A stretch of 37,363 bases of DNA from Clostridia bacterium. Lineage in GTDB: Bacteria > Bacillota > Clostridia > Christensenellales > UBA1242. The position numbers and the translations under genes are program-made. The DNA lies in NCBI GenBank assembly GCA_045614835.1, contig JAZLDP010000095.1, forward strand, positions 1 through 37,363. Reading direction: 5' to 3'. The notes beneath the pieces were generated by a model. The model was not told where the DNA came from, made no database searches, and was given only the letters and a program-made list of their open reading frames with translations. Of this stretch, positions 8,598-20,119 are shown one piece after another. Within the stretch, counting starts at the first letter, position 1; each line of letters starts with the position of its first letter.

Positions 8598-10973
8598 CTA
8601 TTTTATTGTTAATAATTCATTAACAAAATTATATACACTTGAACTTTCAAGTTTACTCTTTATATCAGTATGTTCAATTAGTCCATTATTAAATTTCAAT
8701 ATTCCTAACTCTTCCATAGTTAACATAAAGAAAATAAATTCATTGTATTTTAGGTTCTTATCAATAAAATTATATTTTCTAAGATTATTAAAATATGTAA
8801 TCAAATCAGGAACAGGCTTATCAGATTTATTTGCTTTGATAGAGTTCATAATTTTAGCAAAAGTATTTCTATCACAATCAAGGTTGCTAAATAAAGACAT
8901 ATTAATCTGAGAGTTGACTGAATAAATTTTATTGAATTTCGTAGCAACACTATTAATATAGCCTTTACACAAATAACTATCTAAGAAGAATATATTTTGA
9001 TAATCTTTGAAAGAAACTTCACTATCAGGAGAGAAAATAATTACATTCTCACCACAAGCATTGATTATGTCAAATAATTCATAGTTACTAATACCTTTAA
9101 TAGCCTTAACACAATTAAAGTAGGTATCCATATTATTGACTACTACAGCTGTACCAAACTTACTTTTTTGAGTAAGTTTATTAATTTTATCAATAGCATC
9201 AGTGTAGGATAGTTCTTTAATATTAACAACATCAGTTTTGCAATTAATATATCTCAATTGTGATAGATAGTTAGCAGAAATAATCTCTGATTTAGTTGCT
9301 GTATTTAGCTTAGAATAATTAATATGTCTAATAAATCCACTAATCTTTTGCTTATCACCCTTTTCTAATTGCAACTCAATGATAGCTTCTTTATTACAAT
9401 TAACATTAAGGTTATAGAAATAATCACCTTTACCAAAACCAATAAGGTTTAAGTTATCTTGTTTTAGTCTTAAGTGTTGAGGGAAATTAAGCATTCTACT
9501 TGCCATATTTTCAGTTATGGCTAACCTAAAGGTAGGCTTTTCATTTCTAAAACCACAAGGCTCAAATACTTCTAAATCTTTAACAAATTCAGGAGTAAGA
9601 TTAATATTAGATATATCCATATCATAATACTTACGAGTAATAAGCTCATCTTCATTTGTATTTTTTAGGACATAATCATTAATTCTAGTTCTAAATTCCT
9701 TTAGGTTCTTTCTTTCAATTGATAGACCACCCGCTTGATTGTGTCCACCATATCTAATAAGCAAATCAGAAACACTAGTTAACGCTTCGAAAATATTAAC
9801 TCCAGGAATACTTCGACAACTACCCTTAAATTCATCATCAACTAGACTTAGCAGACATACTGGCTTATTGTATTTCTCTACAAGTTTGGAGCAGATGATT
9901 CCAAGTACACCACTTTCCCACTCTTCATTATATAGAACAACCATACCTAATCTAGATACATTAGTTCCCTCCAGCATTTCACAAGCGGATTCAAATATAT
10001 TATTTGTTTCACTTACACGCTTATCATTTAGTTCAAGAAGATTATTAATATTCTTCTTAATTTCTTCATCATCTTTTTCTACATATAGATTGAAAGAAAT
10101 TATTGCATCTCCCATTCTGCCGGTTGCATTAATTTTAGGTGCAAGTTTGAAAGATATATCAGTACTAGATAGAGGTAAATTAATTTTAAGCAACTTGCTT
10201 AATTGTTTAAGACCTTTAGGTAATTGTTCTTTTTGATTAGCAAGTCCGAGTTTTACAATCGCTCTATTCTCATCCATAAGAGGAACTATATCAGCAACAG
10301 TAGCAAGTGTTGCAATTGTTGTATATTGTAGAGCCTCCATAAGACCACTTAGTGCTTGAACAAGTTTAAGAGCAACACCAGCACCACATAATTCTTTGAA
10401 AGGATATATCTGGTCTGGCAACTTTGGATTAATTATTAAAGTGTCTGGAAGTACAGCAGGTATATCGTGGTGGTCAGTAACAATAATGTCAATGCCAAGT
10501 TCTTTGCAATATTTTATTTCATCAACACAAGTAATACCACAATCTACAGTAATAATTAGGTCAGGATTATATAGACTATGAACTTTGTTAATTGTATCAA
10601 CTGTTAGTCCATATCCATCTACAAATCTATTTGGCAAAAATACATTTGTTTTAACTTTTCTTTTCTCAAAATACTTATACAGAATAGCAGCTGCACTAAT
10701 ACCATCAGTGTCATAATCGCCCATAATAAGAATATTTTTGTTCTCATTAATATAGTAATTAATTTTATCAACCACCTCTTGCATATTTTTAAGTAAGAAC
10801 GGATTGTATAGTTGAGTTTCTCCTGCATTGATATATTTATCAATAGCATCTTTAGTATCAATACCACGCAAGAAAAGTAACTTAACAACATCTTCGTGTA
10901 AGCCAAATTCTTTAGCAAGTTTAATTGCTTTGTCGTTATTAATTTGTTCAGTATTTTTCTTAATAAATTCCAT
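8598..10973 (-). CDS. recJ: Single-stranded-DNA-specific exonuclease RecJ
   Basis: Motifs GDYDTDG, ITVDCG, TDHH, ADIVPL, KGSCRS and YGGHNQAGG. Confidence 0.96.
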   Translation of the reverse strand: MEFIKKNTEQINNDKAIKLAKEFGLHEDVVKLLFLRGIDTKDAIDKYINAGETQLYNPFLLKNMQEVVDKINYYINENKNILIMGDYDTDGISAAAILYKYFEKRKVKTNVFLPNRFVDGYGLTVDTINKVHSLYNPDLIITVDCGITCVDEIKYCKELGIDIIVTDHHDIPAVLPDTLIINPKLPDQIYPFKELCGAGVALKLVQALSGLMEALQYTTIATLATVADIVPLMDENRAIVKLGLANQKEQLPKGLKQLSKLLKINLPLSSTDISFKLAPKINATGRMGDAIISFNLYVEKDDEEIKKNINNLLELNDKRVSETNNIFESACEMLEGTNVSRLGMVVLYNEEWESGVLGIICSKLVEKYNKPVCLLSLVDDEFKGSCRSIPGVNIFEALTSVSDLLIRYGGHNQAGGLSIERKNLKEFRTRINDYVLKNTNEDELITRKYYDMDISNINLTPEFVKDLEVFEPCGFRNEKPTFRLAITENMASRMLNFPQHLRLKQDNLNLIGFGKGDYFYNLNVNCNKEAIIELQLEKGDKQKISGFIRHINYSKLNTATKSEIISANYLSQLRYINCKTDVVNIKELSYTDAIDKINKLTQKSKFGTAVVVNNMDTYFNCVKAIKGISNYELFDIINACGENVIIFSPDSEVSFKDYQNIFFLDSYLCKGYINSVATKFNKIYSVNSQINMSLFSNLDCDRNTFAKIMNSIKANKSDKPVPDLITYFNNLRKYNFIDKNLKYNEFIFFMLTMEELGILKFNNGLIEHTDIKSKLESSSVYNFVNELLTIK

Positions 10974-10980
10974 ACACCTA

Positions 10981-11023
10981 AAAAACGAAAATAAGCCCCT
11001 ATATATATTTATAAGGGCTTATT
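10981..11023 (-). terminator. Hairpin/terminator after secF
   Basis: Stem aataagccc/gggcttatt with a U-rich tail on the minus strand. Confidence 0.65.
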
Positions 11024-11032
11024 ATTTATTAT

Positions 11033-12073
11033 TTAAACAACAATCTTCTCATCTTCTTGTTGTTTTTTGTTTTTATTGTTTTTTGCTTCAAGTCTCTTCT
11101 TTTCAGCATTTAATCTATAAGTAAGCACCTTATCTTTATCTCTTCTATACCAGAAAGACCATAGGCTTCCATTAATGAATAATGAAACAAAAGCAGAAAC
11201 CACAAGTCCAACTATAATAGCAAGTGATAGATAGATAAATGATGCATTACCAAAGAACATTACACCAATTGTAGCAACTAATAAAGTAATCATATAGATT
11301 GAAACACCTTTAAGAGTTTCTTTAGTTGCAACCATAACTCTTTGAGCATTGGTATATTTGTTGAAAGATTCATTATTAAGGTTATTTTTAATAGAGTTAT
11401 GAAGTAACATTGAATTAACAATTGTAGTCATAACCATAATAACAAATGGAACAACTACATTATAGCTAACAGGAATTCTGAAAGCAATTAAACAAGTTAC
11501 TAGCATAGCAACCTCTAAGGCAATTGTAGTAGCTAAAGCTAAACCAGCCATAAGATTGTATCTAATCCATTTGTAACCAATAACAAATACAATAATACAA
11601 GCAAGTGCAAGTATTGAGAACCAGAATAATCTAGTCATATTTCTTGGTAAAGAATAAGTAAGTTCTGTAGTAGAAACCACAACACTACTCTCTACACTGT
11701 CAGTCTCAGCTAGTAAATTTTCTTCGATAACAACTTTTAAATCAGCAAGTTTAACATCTAACTCACCATCATTATTAGGAACTTTTACAATAAGACCATT
11801 TTGAGCGCCTTCACCAACTCTTTCAATTCTATAGTCTTCAAAACCATTGTCTTTAACCATAGAACAAAGACTATCCTCTAGAGCATCATACTCACAATCG
11901 GTTACGGTTGTATTGAATTTAACTGTGAAGTTAGAAACTTTTTGAAAATCATAATCAAGATTAAAGTGGAAAATTGCACCGATAACAATAGCAACTAATG
12001 CAAGGACTGCAGGAACAAGCATCAAATATTTAAAAAGTGATACAAAATTGCAAGATTTATTATTTGATTTCAT
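11033..12073 (-). CDS. secF: Divergent protein translocase subunit SecF
   Basis: TM1, extracytoplasmic loop and 5 further TMs; YKWIRY resembles SecF YIxIRF; overlaps secD and precedes recJ. Confidence 0.78.
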   Translation of the reverse strand: MKSNNKSCNFVSLFKYLMLVPAVLALVAIVIGAIFHFNLDYDFQKVSNFTVKFNTTVTDCEYDALEDSLCSMVKDNGFEDYRIERVGEGAQNGLIVKVPNNDGELDVKLADLKVVIEENLLAETDSVESSVVVSTTELTYSLPRNMTRLFWFSILALACIIVFVIGYKWIRYNLMAGLALATTIALEVAMLVTCLIAFRIPVSYNVVVPFVIMVMTTIVNSMLLHNSIKNNLNNESFNKYTNAQRVMVATKETLKGVSIYMITLLVATIGVMFFGNASFIYLSLAIIVGLVVSAFVSLFINGSLWSFWYRRDKDKVLTYRLNAEKKRLEAKNNKNKKQQEDEKIVV

Positions 12074-13346
12074 CTACTTCTTCCTCCCTTGTAAAGTTAA
12101 GTTTTTTGTAGTCTTTTGAGTTAAAAGCAGTATAATTAACAGCCAAAACTTTATTAAGATACATAGCAGTATAAGCAGTGCCAGGAATAGTCATTAACAT
12201 ATTGAATGCAAACATTTTAACAAGGTTGCTAGGAACAATCAATAGAAGTCCAGAAACAGCAGATACTACCAATAAAATATCTAAAATGTTGAATAAAGAT
12301 TTTCTATATCCAGAAGTAAATGCAATAGTAAATTTCTTACCCTTTGCAAATTCATCTTTGATAACACTTAGATAGTATAGGTGTAAAGCAACACTAATAG
12401 CATATCCTAACATAAATGCCAACCAACCAGTAAAGGTGATTTGTAGGTCAATTACAGCTGCAATAAGTACAGAAACCATAAGGCCAAATAACATAGATGC
12501 ACTAGATACTAATCCTAAACCTCTGAATAATACTGCTGCAACAACAATACTAGCAACTACAAGAGTAATTGTAGCAATTGTGATAATTAGTCTAGAATGT
12601 GAACCGAATAGTCCAGCAACTTCTGTAGCTTTAAGTTCAGTTGACATATTAATACCAATCATTGAACTAGCAATTTTGTTAGCATATAGTTCACCACTTT
12701 CTTTAGTTGTGATAGAAGAACCACTAATGAAAGTATAGCCAAAAGTATTCTCTTCAGTAACTTTAGTTTGAGAGAATGGTTTATCGTAGTTCTTATCCAT
12801 ATAGATATACATAGTTTGAGCATCACTCTCAGCAACTACTTTAGTTAATTCTTGGAATTTCTTTTGACCTTCTTTTGTGAATTCAATGTAAACTCCGTGA
12901 GTAGAACCACTCATCATATATTCAACTTTTTCAATATCTTGACCAGTAACTTTAGCTTCTGCTTCTTCACCAGACTCACTCTTCATTTCAATAAAACCAA
13001 TAACCAAATAATCGTCAATGGCAGTATCAGGTACTTCCATAGTAATACTATTCTCGCCAGTTAAATAAACTCTAGCATCACCATAGTATTTGTTAAGAAG
13101 TTTTTGAACTCTGTTGACAGCTTCATTATATGCCTCTTCTTCAGTTCCTTCGTACCAGTCAGCTACTTCTAATTCGTAAGTGTTCTTAACTCCACCACCA
13201 AATTCCAAACCTAAATTCAAATTAGCGATTCCGCAAAATCTGTAATTTGTAGCAGGAACTGGGAAAGAAATAAAGCAAAGACACAATACTATAGCAATAA
13301 ACAAGCCAACGAATACATAATTTCTAATTGCTCTTTTTTTCTTCAT
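12060..13346 (-). CDS. secD: Divergent protein translocase subunit SecD
   Basis: LNLGLEFGGG (canonical LGLDLxGG); P1 loop with FTKEGQKKFQELT; IKDEFAKGK...GYRKSLFNILD; yajC-secD-secF synteny. Confidence 0.85.
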   Translation of the reverse strand: MKKKRAIRNYVFVGLFIAIVLCLCFISFPVPATNYRFCGIANLNLGLEFGGGVKNTYELEVADWYEGTEEEAYNEAVNRVQKLLNKYYGDARVYLTGENSITMEVPDTAIDDYLVIGFIEMKSESGEEAEAKVTGQDIEKVEYMMSGSTHGVYIEFTKEGQKKFQELTKVVAESDAQTMYIYMDKNYDKPFSQTKVTEENTFGYTFISGSSITTKESGELYANKIASSMIGINMSTELKATEVAGLFGSHSRLIITIATITLVVASIVVAAVLFRGLGLVSSASMLFGLMVSVLIAAVIDLQITFTGWLAFMLGYAISVALHLYYLSVIKDEFAKGKKFTIAFTSGYRKSLFNILDILLVVSAVSGLLLIVPSNLVKMFAFNMLMTIPGTAYTAMYLNKVLAVNYTAFNSKDYKKLNFTREEEVDEIK

Positions 13347-13410
13347 CTTGTCTCTCCAATTAAGTAATTTTGCAAGTAAACTTGCGGTTAAGTATAATTT
13401 AAATAAATCA

Positions 13411-13521
13411 CACTAGATTATTATAATGATATATCAAATATCGAAAATTTAAACTCCTCAAAGCCCTTAAATGATTAGTTTAAAATAGACACTCTCAACT
13501 CATTATAAGATTTCACCTAAT
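13411..13521 (-). ncRNA. Candidate rod-shaped structured RNA or 5' leader upstream of secD
   Basis: Nested stems ttataatga/tcattataa and tttaaact/agtttaaa, plus GAGUGUC/GAUAUUU and UUAGGU/AUCUAG, which pair fully only on the minus strand via G-U. Begins at the predicted TSS. Confidence 0.45.
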
Positions 13522-13522
13522 C

Positions 13523-13551
13523 ATTATACATTATAAGCCAATACTAGTCAA
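13523..13551 (-). promoter_or_regulatory. sigma-A promoter upstream of secD
   Basis: TTGACT-17-TATAAT. Confidence 0.72.
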
Positions 13552-13595
13552 TTTATTTTAACGAAAAAACCAAGCAAATTATTATAATTTTTTAT

Positions 13596-13643
13596 AAAAA
13601 AACACTTAATATTACCCTTTAAATTAGAGTAAAAATTAAGTGT
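13596..13643 (-). terminator. Terminator after the TIGR04086-like gene
   Basis: Stem acacttaat/attaagtgt with a U-run on the minus strand. Confidence 0.7.
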
Positions 13644-13672
13644 CTTTATAATGGATTTAACATATTAATTGA

Positions 13673-14071
13673 TTATCTCTTTCTAAAATTAACTAAAATA
13701 ATACCAATTATTCCACCAATTAGAGTAGTTAAAATCATATCAAAAAAATTGTTTAATTTGAAACTAAATCCACCTTGCAAAATACTAAATACAATAGTAC
13801 TCAAAACAAAGTAAAGAAGACCAAGTAATAATCCTTTTAGGAATCCTTTTTGATTATTCTTTTTGAGAACTATCATTATACCAAGAAACAAACTCACTAC
13901 TTTAATTACTTGATTTACAGGAAAAATAGCACCATCAGAAATATTAAAAAATCTAATAATCAAGGCAAATAATAATATCATAATTAGTGTACTTGCAATA
14001 GCCAATAAAGTACCACTAAATATTGATACAATTACTTGTTTTTTATCTTTAAGAGCAATCTCAGAACCCAT
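13673..14071 (-). CDS. TIGR04086 family (YrzE-like) membrane protein
   Basis: 132 aa with 4 TM segments; motifs VNQVIKVVS, KGFLKGLLLGLLY and GGIIGII; located after yajC. Confidence 0.8.
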   Translation of the reverse strand: MGSEIALKDKKQVIVSIFSGTLLAIASTLIMILLFALIIRFFNISDGAIFPVNQVIKVVSLFLGIMIVLKKNNQKGFLKGLLLGLLYFVLSTIVFSILQGGFSFKLNNFFDMILTTLIGGIIGIILVNFRKR

Positions 14072-14094
14072 ACAACCTCCAGTATGTTTTTAAT

Positions 14095-14123
14095 AATCTA
14101 TGAAACAAAAACTGAATATATAA
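14095..14123 (-). promoter_or_regulatory. sigma-E-type promoter
   Basis: TTATATA-14-CATAGATT upstream of SD GGAGGT. Confidence 0.55.
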
Positions 14124-14220
14124 CAAGTTATCGTTAATATGGGTAAAATAAAACAAAATCAACATTTTTTGACATACTTTTTATAAAAACAATACCAAAC
14201 AATCCAACCTCAAAGAGCAG

Positions 14221-14247
14221 AAAAAAAGACTTAGAAATCTAAGTCTT
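14221..14247 (-). terminator. Terminator after yajC
   Basis: Inverted repeat aagacttaga/tctaagtctt plus a U-run. Confidence 0.75.
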
Positions 14248-14259
14248 AAAATAATTCAA

Positions 14260-14691
14260 TTATTTTTTAGTTGTTTTCTTAGAAGTAGATTTTTTCTTAA
14301 CGGTTTCTTCTACTTCTTCAACTGAATCGTGCTCTTCTACAACTTCTTCAGCAACTTCTTCAGCTGTTTCTGTAACTGCAGTCTTGTTATCGATACCCAT
14401 AATTGCATTAATATGAATAGTCATTGTAGAAGGATTTTTGCCTGTTCCAGTAACAATAGTAACAACTTTGCCATCAGTAGTATCTTCAACACTTTCTACT
14501 ACACCATAAACACCAGCAGTAGTAACAATCTTAACTCCCTTTTTAATAGAGTTAGACAACTCTTGTCTAGCGCCCATCTCTTTCTTTTGCTTTAGGTAAG
14601 TTGGAACAATCATAACAATAGCTAGTACTAAAAGTAAAAGTAACATCCAGTTTTGAGCAAACCACTCACCAATAGTCATAAGTGTAAACAT
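14260..14691 (-). CDS. yajC: Preprotein translocase subunit YajC
   Basis: N-terminal TM; PTYLKQKK and IKKGVKIVTTAGVYGVV; follows tgt; acidic/Lys-rich tail. Confidence 0.9.
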   Translation of the reverse strand: MFTLMTIGEWFAQNWMLLLLLVLAIVMIVPTYLKQKKEMGARQELSNSIKKGVKIVTTAGVYGVVESVEDTTDGKVVTIVTGTGKNPSTMTIHINAIMGIDNKTAVTETAEEVAEEVVEEHDSVEEVEETVKKKSTSKKTTKK

Positions 14692-14721
14692 AATTATCTC
14701 CTTAAAAATTAAATCAAATAA

Positions 14722-14749
14722 ATTATATCAAATATTATAATTTAATCAA
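14722..14749 (-). promoter_or_regulatory. Putative sigma-A promoter of yajC
   Basis: TTGATT-16-TATAAT with an extended -10 TG. Confidence 0.5.
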
Positions 14750-14794
14750 ACTTATTTGAAATAGTTTGAAATATATTTTGTATTTTTTTGTAAA

Positions 14795-16980
<2,186 letters not shown>

Positions 16981-16994
<14 letters not shown>

Positions 16995-18039
16995 TATCAT
17001 CTTCACTTTCTATAAATAACTTTAAATATTCTTGATTTTTTGCAGTAAACTTCTTACCTAAATGCTTATAGGCATTTGGAAGTGCAATTCTACCTCTAGG
17101 AGTTCTTGCAATAAAACCAAGTTGCAATAAATATGGCTCATATACATCTTCAATTGTATTAGCATCTTCGCCAGTAGCTGCAGATAGAGTATTAAGACCA
17201 ACAGGTCCACCGTGGAACTTATCGATAATAGTAGTTAGTACCACTCTATCGGTATAATCAAGACCTAAATCATCTACTTCAAGAATTTCAAGTGCATCTT
17301 TGCAAATCTCATTTGTAATAGTATCACTACCAGAAACCTCAGCAAAGTCTCTAATTCTTCTAAGAAGTCTATTAGCAATTCTAGGAGTTCCTCTACTACG
17401 CTTTGCAAGTTCGTTACACGCATCTGGACTAATTGGAGTACCAAGAATACCAGCACTTCTAGTAATAATTTTACCTAACTCTTCGGTAGTATACATTTCT
17501 AGTCTACAAACAACTCCAAACCTATCTCTTAACGGACCAGTAAGCATACCAGCTTTGGTTGTAGCACCAATCAAAGTAAATGGTTCAACATTAATTCTCA
17601 TAGTTCTTGCCCCTGGACCTTTACCTAGAATAATATCTAGAGCAAAGTCTTCCATTGCTGGATATAAGACCTCTTCAACTGAACGACTAAGTCTATGAAT
17701 TTCATCAATAAATAGAACTTCATTTCTTTGCATATTACTAAGTATACTAGCAAGGTCAGCAACTTTCTCAATTGCTGGACCACTTGTAATTTTGATATTA
17801 GTTCCTAGTTCATTAGCAATAATATGTGAAAGAGTTGTTTTACCAAGTCCTGGAGGTCCATATAACAACACATGGTCTAGAGCATCTCCACGATTTTTTG
17901 CTGCTTTAATATATATATTAAGATTTTTCTTAATCTTCTCTTGACCAACATAATCGTCCATTGAGGTTGGTCTCAAAGTATTCTCAACTTCACTTTCAGT
18001 CAAGTTTCTAGTTGAAGTTATAAATCTCTCTTCTTCCAT
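16981..18039 (-). CDS. ruvB: Holliday junction branch migration helicase RuvB
   Basis: Motifs [27 protein letters not shown] and [17 protein letters not shown]. Confidence 0.98.
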
Positions 18040-18050
18040 CAAAAACCTAC

Positions 18051-18641
18051 TTATCTATTCATATTTTTAAGACTTTTTCTAACAATAACTTCTGCAGTAT
18101 CATCAGCAGATGCAACACCTTTAACAATTTGAGTAGCTTCGTTTCTATGCATACCCATAGCAACTAGAGTATCAATCGCTTCGTTAACAGCACTAGTATT
18201 AATTGGTGCTGCTGTCGGTTTAAGCATACTGATTTGCAAATCATCAAAACTATTCTTAAGTTCAACAACTAGTCTTTCTGCAGTCTTTTTCCCAAGACCC
18301 TTGATTGAAGACAAGAGTTTAATATCTTCAGTAATAATAGCATCAACTAGATTAACAACTGGCATAGCAGATAGAATAGCAATAGCCATTTTACCACCAA
18401 TACCACTAACATTGATTAGTTTTAAGAAAGTATTTTTCTCCTCTAGTGTAGCAAAACCAAACAAAGTAATAGCATCTTCTCTAACAGCCATATAAGTATG
18501 AACTTTGGCATAATCACCAATGTTACCAAGTTCAAAATTGGTAGTCTCACTCACATTTAATTCAAAGCCAACACCATTACAATTGATTACAAGTATGTTA
18601 GTGTCTTTAGCTTCAATAGTTCCAGAAATAAATGAAAACAT
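18051..18641 (-). CDS. ruvA: Holliday junction branch migration protein RuvA
   Basis: Motifs [20 protein letters not shown] and [15 protein letters not shown]; alternative start at 18650. Confidence 0.96.
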   Translation of the reverse strand: MFSFISGTIEAKDTNILVINCNGVGFELNVSETTNFELGNIGDYAKVHTYMAVREDAITLFGFATLEEKNTFLKLINVSGIGGKMAIAILSAMPVVNLVDAIITEDIKLLSSIKGLGKKTAERLVVELKNSFDDLQISMLKPTAAPINTSAVNEAIDTLVAMGMHRNEATQIVKGVASADDTAEVIVRKSLKNMNR

Positions 18642-18666
18642 ATTGTCCATCCTTCAAAGTATTTTA

Positions 18667-19161
18667 TTATCTAATATCAGTACCAGCAAGTAATAGATTT
18701 GTTTGACTATGACAAAGAGCCGCAGCAAGTCCATCAGCAGCATCATCTGGCTTTGGAGTTGCTTTAAGTTTAAGAATTGCCTTAACCATAAATTGTACTT
18801 GTTGCTTGTCTGCTCTACCATTACCGGTTAAAGCTTGTTTGATTTGTAAAGGAGTATACTCAAAAAGTTTGCAACCTTTATTAATACAAGCAAGGATAAT
18901 AACACCTCTTGCTTCTGCAACAGCAATACCTGTTGTGATATTGGTATTGAAGAATAATTCCTCAATCGCAACCTGTTCGGGCTTGTATCTATCAATAAGT
19001 TCACACATACCCTTGTAGACTTTCTCTAGTCTAACTGGTAGAGTATCTTCCTTAGGTGTTCTAATTACACCATAGTCTATTACATCTGTTCTATTCTTTT
19101 GTTTATCAATTACACCAAAACCAACAATTGCAAGTCCTGGGTCTATTCCTAAAATTATCAT
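18667..19161 (-). CDS. ruvC: Crossover junction endodeoxyribonuclease RuvC
   Basis: Motifs ILGIDPG, AIEELFF, YTPLQIK and PDDAADGLA. Confidence 0.97.
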   Translation of the reverse strand: MIILGIDPGLAIVGFGVIDKQKNRTDVIDYGVIRTPKEDTLPVRLEKVYKGMCELIDRYKPEQVAIEELFFNTNITTGIAVAEARGVIILACINKGCKLFEYTPLQIKQALTGNGRADKQQVQFMVKAILKLKATPKPDDAADGLAAALCHSQTNLLLAGTDIR

Positions 19162-19179
19162 AGTTCACCTACATTTTTA

Positions 19180-19218
19180 AGTATACTAATAATAAAAATT
19201 TATGTCAAACAAATGTTT
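19180..19218 (-). promoter_or_regulatory. sigma-A promoter of ruvCAB with an overlapping SOS-like box
   Basis: TTGACA-17-TATACT; AAAC-aaat-GTTT (19207-19218) resembles the Firmicute LexA box GAAC-N4-GTTC and overlaps the -35. Confidence 0.65.
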
Positions 19219-19336
19219 TAGAAAAATTAGATTAATGTACTAATTTTCAAAAGATTTAATTATTTATAATTAACTTACTGATTTTTAATATCCTCTATAG
19301 ATAACAAAATTAATAGAATTTATTTGAAAAGCAAAC

Positions 19337-19364
19337 AAAAAACACCCCAACTATTGAGGTGTTT
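19337..19364 (-). terminator. Terminator after yebC
   Basis: Stem aaacaccccaa/ttgaggtgttt with a U-run. Confidence 0.75.
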
Positions 19365-19372
19365 ATGTTTAA

Positions 19373-20107
19373 TTACTCTTCATCTGGTAAATCTACATTA
19401 TGATAAACTTCTTGAACATCATCACAATCTTCAAGCAAATCAATCATTTTTGTAAATGTAGCAACCTTGTCCTCTGGTAAAGTAACATAGTTAGATGGAA
19501 TTAAATCTAGAGCACTATCAGCAATAGTAACTCCAGCACTTTCAAGATTTTCTTTGACACTATCAAAAGTATCAGGTGTTGTATAAATCTCGAATACATC
19601 ATCTTCTGTAACGATATCTTCAGCACCAGCTTCAAGAGCCATCATCATCATATCATCATCACTAATTCCAGTTCCTTTTTGAACATAAATAACACCTTTC
19701 TTAGTGAATAAGTAAGATACACAGCCATTACTACCAAGAGAGCCACCAAATTTATCAAATAAGTGTCTAACATCACTAGCAGTTCTATTCTTATTATCTG
19801 TAAGTGCGTATACGATAACAGCACTGCCACCAACACCATATCCTTCATAAGTCATAGACTCATAGTTAATAGTGCTAAGTTCTCCACTTGCTTTTTTGAT
19901 GCTTCTATTAATATTATCATTAGGCATATTAATTCCTCTAGCCTTAGCAATAATATTCTTTAATTGAGTATTAGAATTTGGGTCTGGTCCACCAAGTTTA
20001 ACCGCAACAGCAATTTCTCTACCAATCTTTGTAAACATTTTTGCATTTTGTTGGTCATTCTTTTCTTTAGCATTTTTGATTTTTGACCATTTATTATGTC
20101 CTGACAT
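19373..20107 (-). CDS. yebC: YebC/PmpR family protein
   Basis: Motifs MSGHNKWSKIK, YEGYG, TDNKNRT and DDVQEVYHN. Confidence 0.96.
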   Translation of the reverse strand: MSGHNKWSKIKNAKEKNDQQNAKMFTKIGREIAVAVKLGGPDPNSNTQLKNIIAKARGINMPNDNINRSIKKASGELSTINYESMTYEGYGVGGSAVIVYALTDNKNRTASDVRHLFDKFGGSLGSNGCVSYLFTKKGVIYVQKGTGISDDDMMMMALEAGAEDIVTEDDVFEIYTTPDTFDSVKENLESAGVTIADSALDLIPSNYVTLPEDKVATFTKMIDLLEDCDDVQEVYHNVDLPDEE

Positions 20108-20119
20108 AAAATTTACCCC

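Noticed and set aside
13411-13521. SRP (4.5S) RNA or 6S RNA assignment for the rod structure
   Set aside because: It lacks the CAGG...GNRA...AGCAG domain IV motif and is too short, without a large central bubble, for a typical 6S RNA.
14329-14365. 12-bp repeat in the yajC tail (AEEVAEEVVEE)
   Set aside because: Ordinary low-complexity acidic tail.
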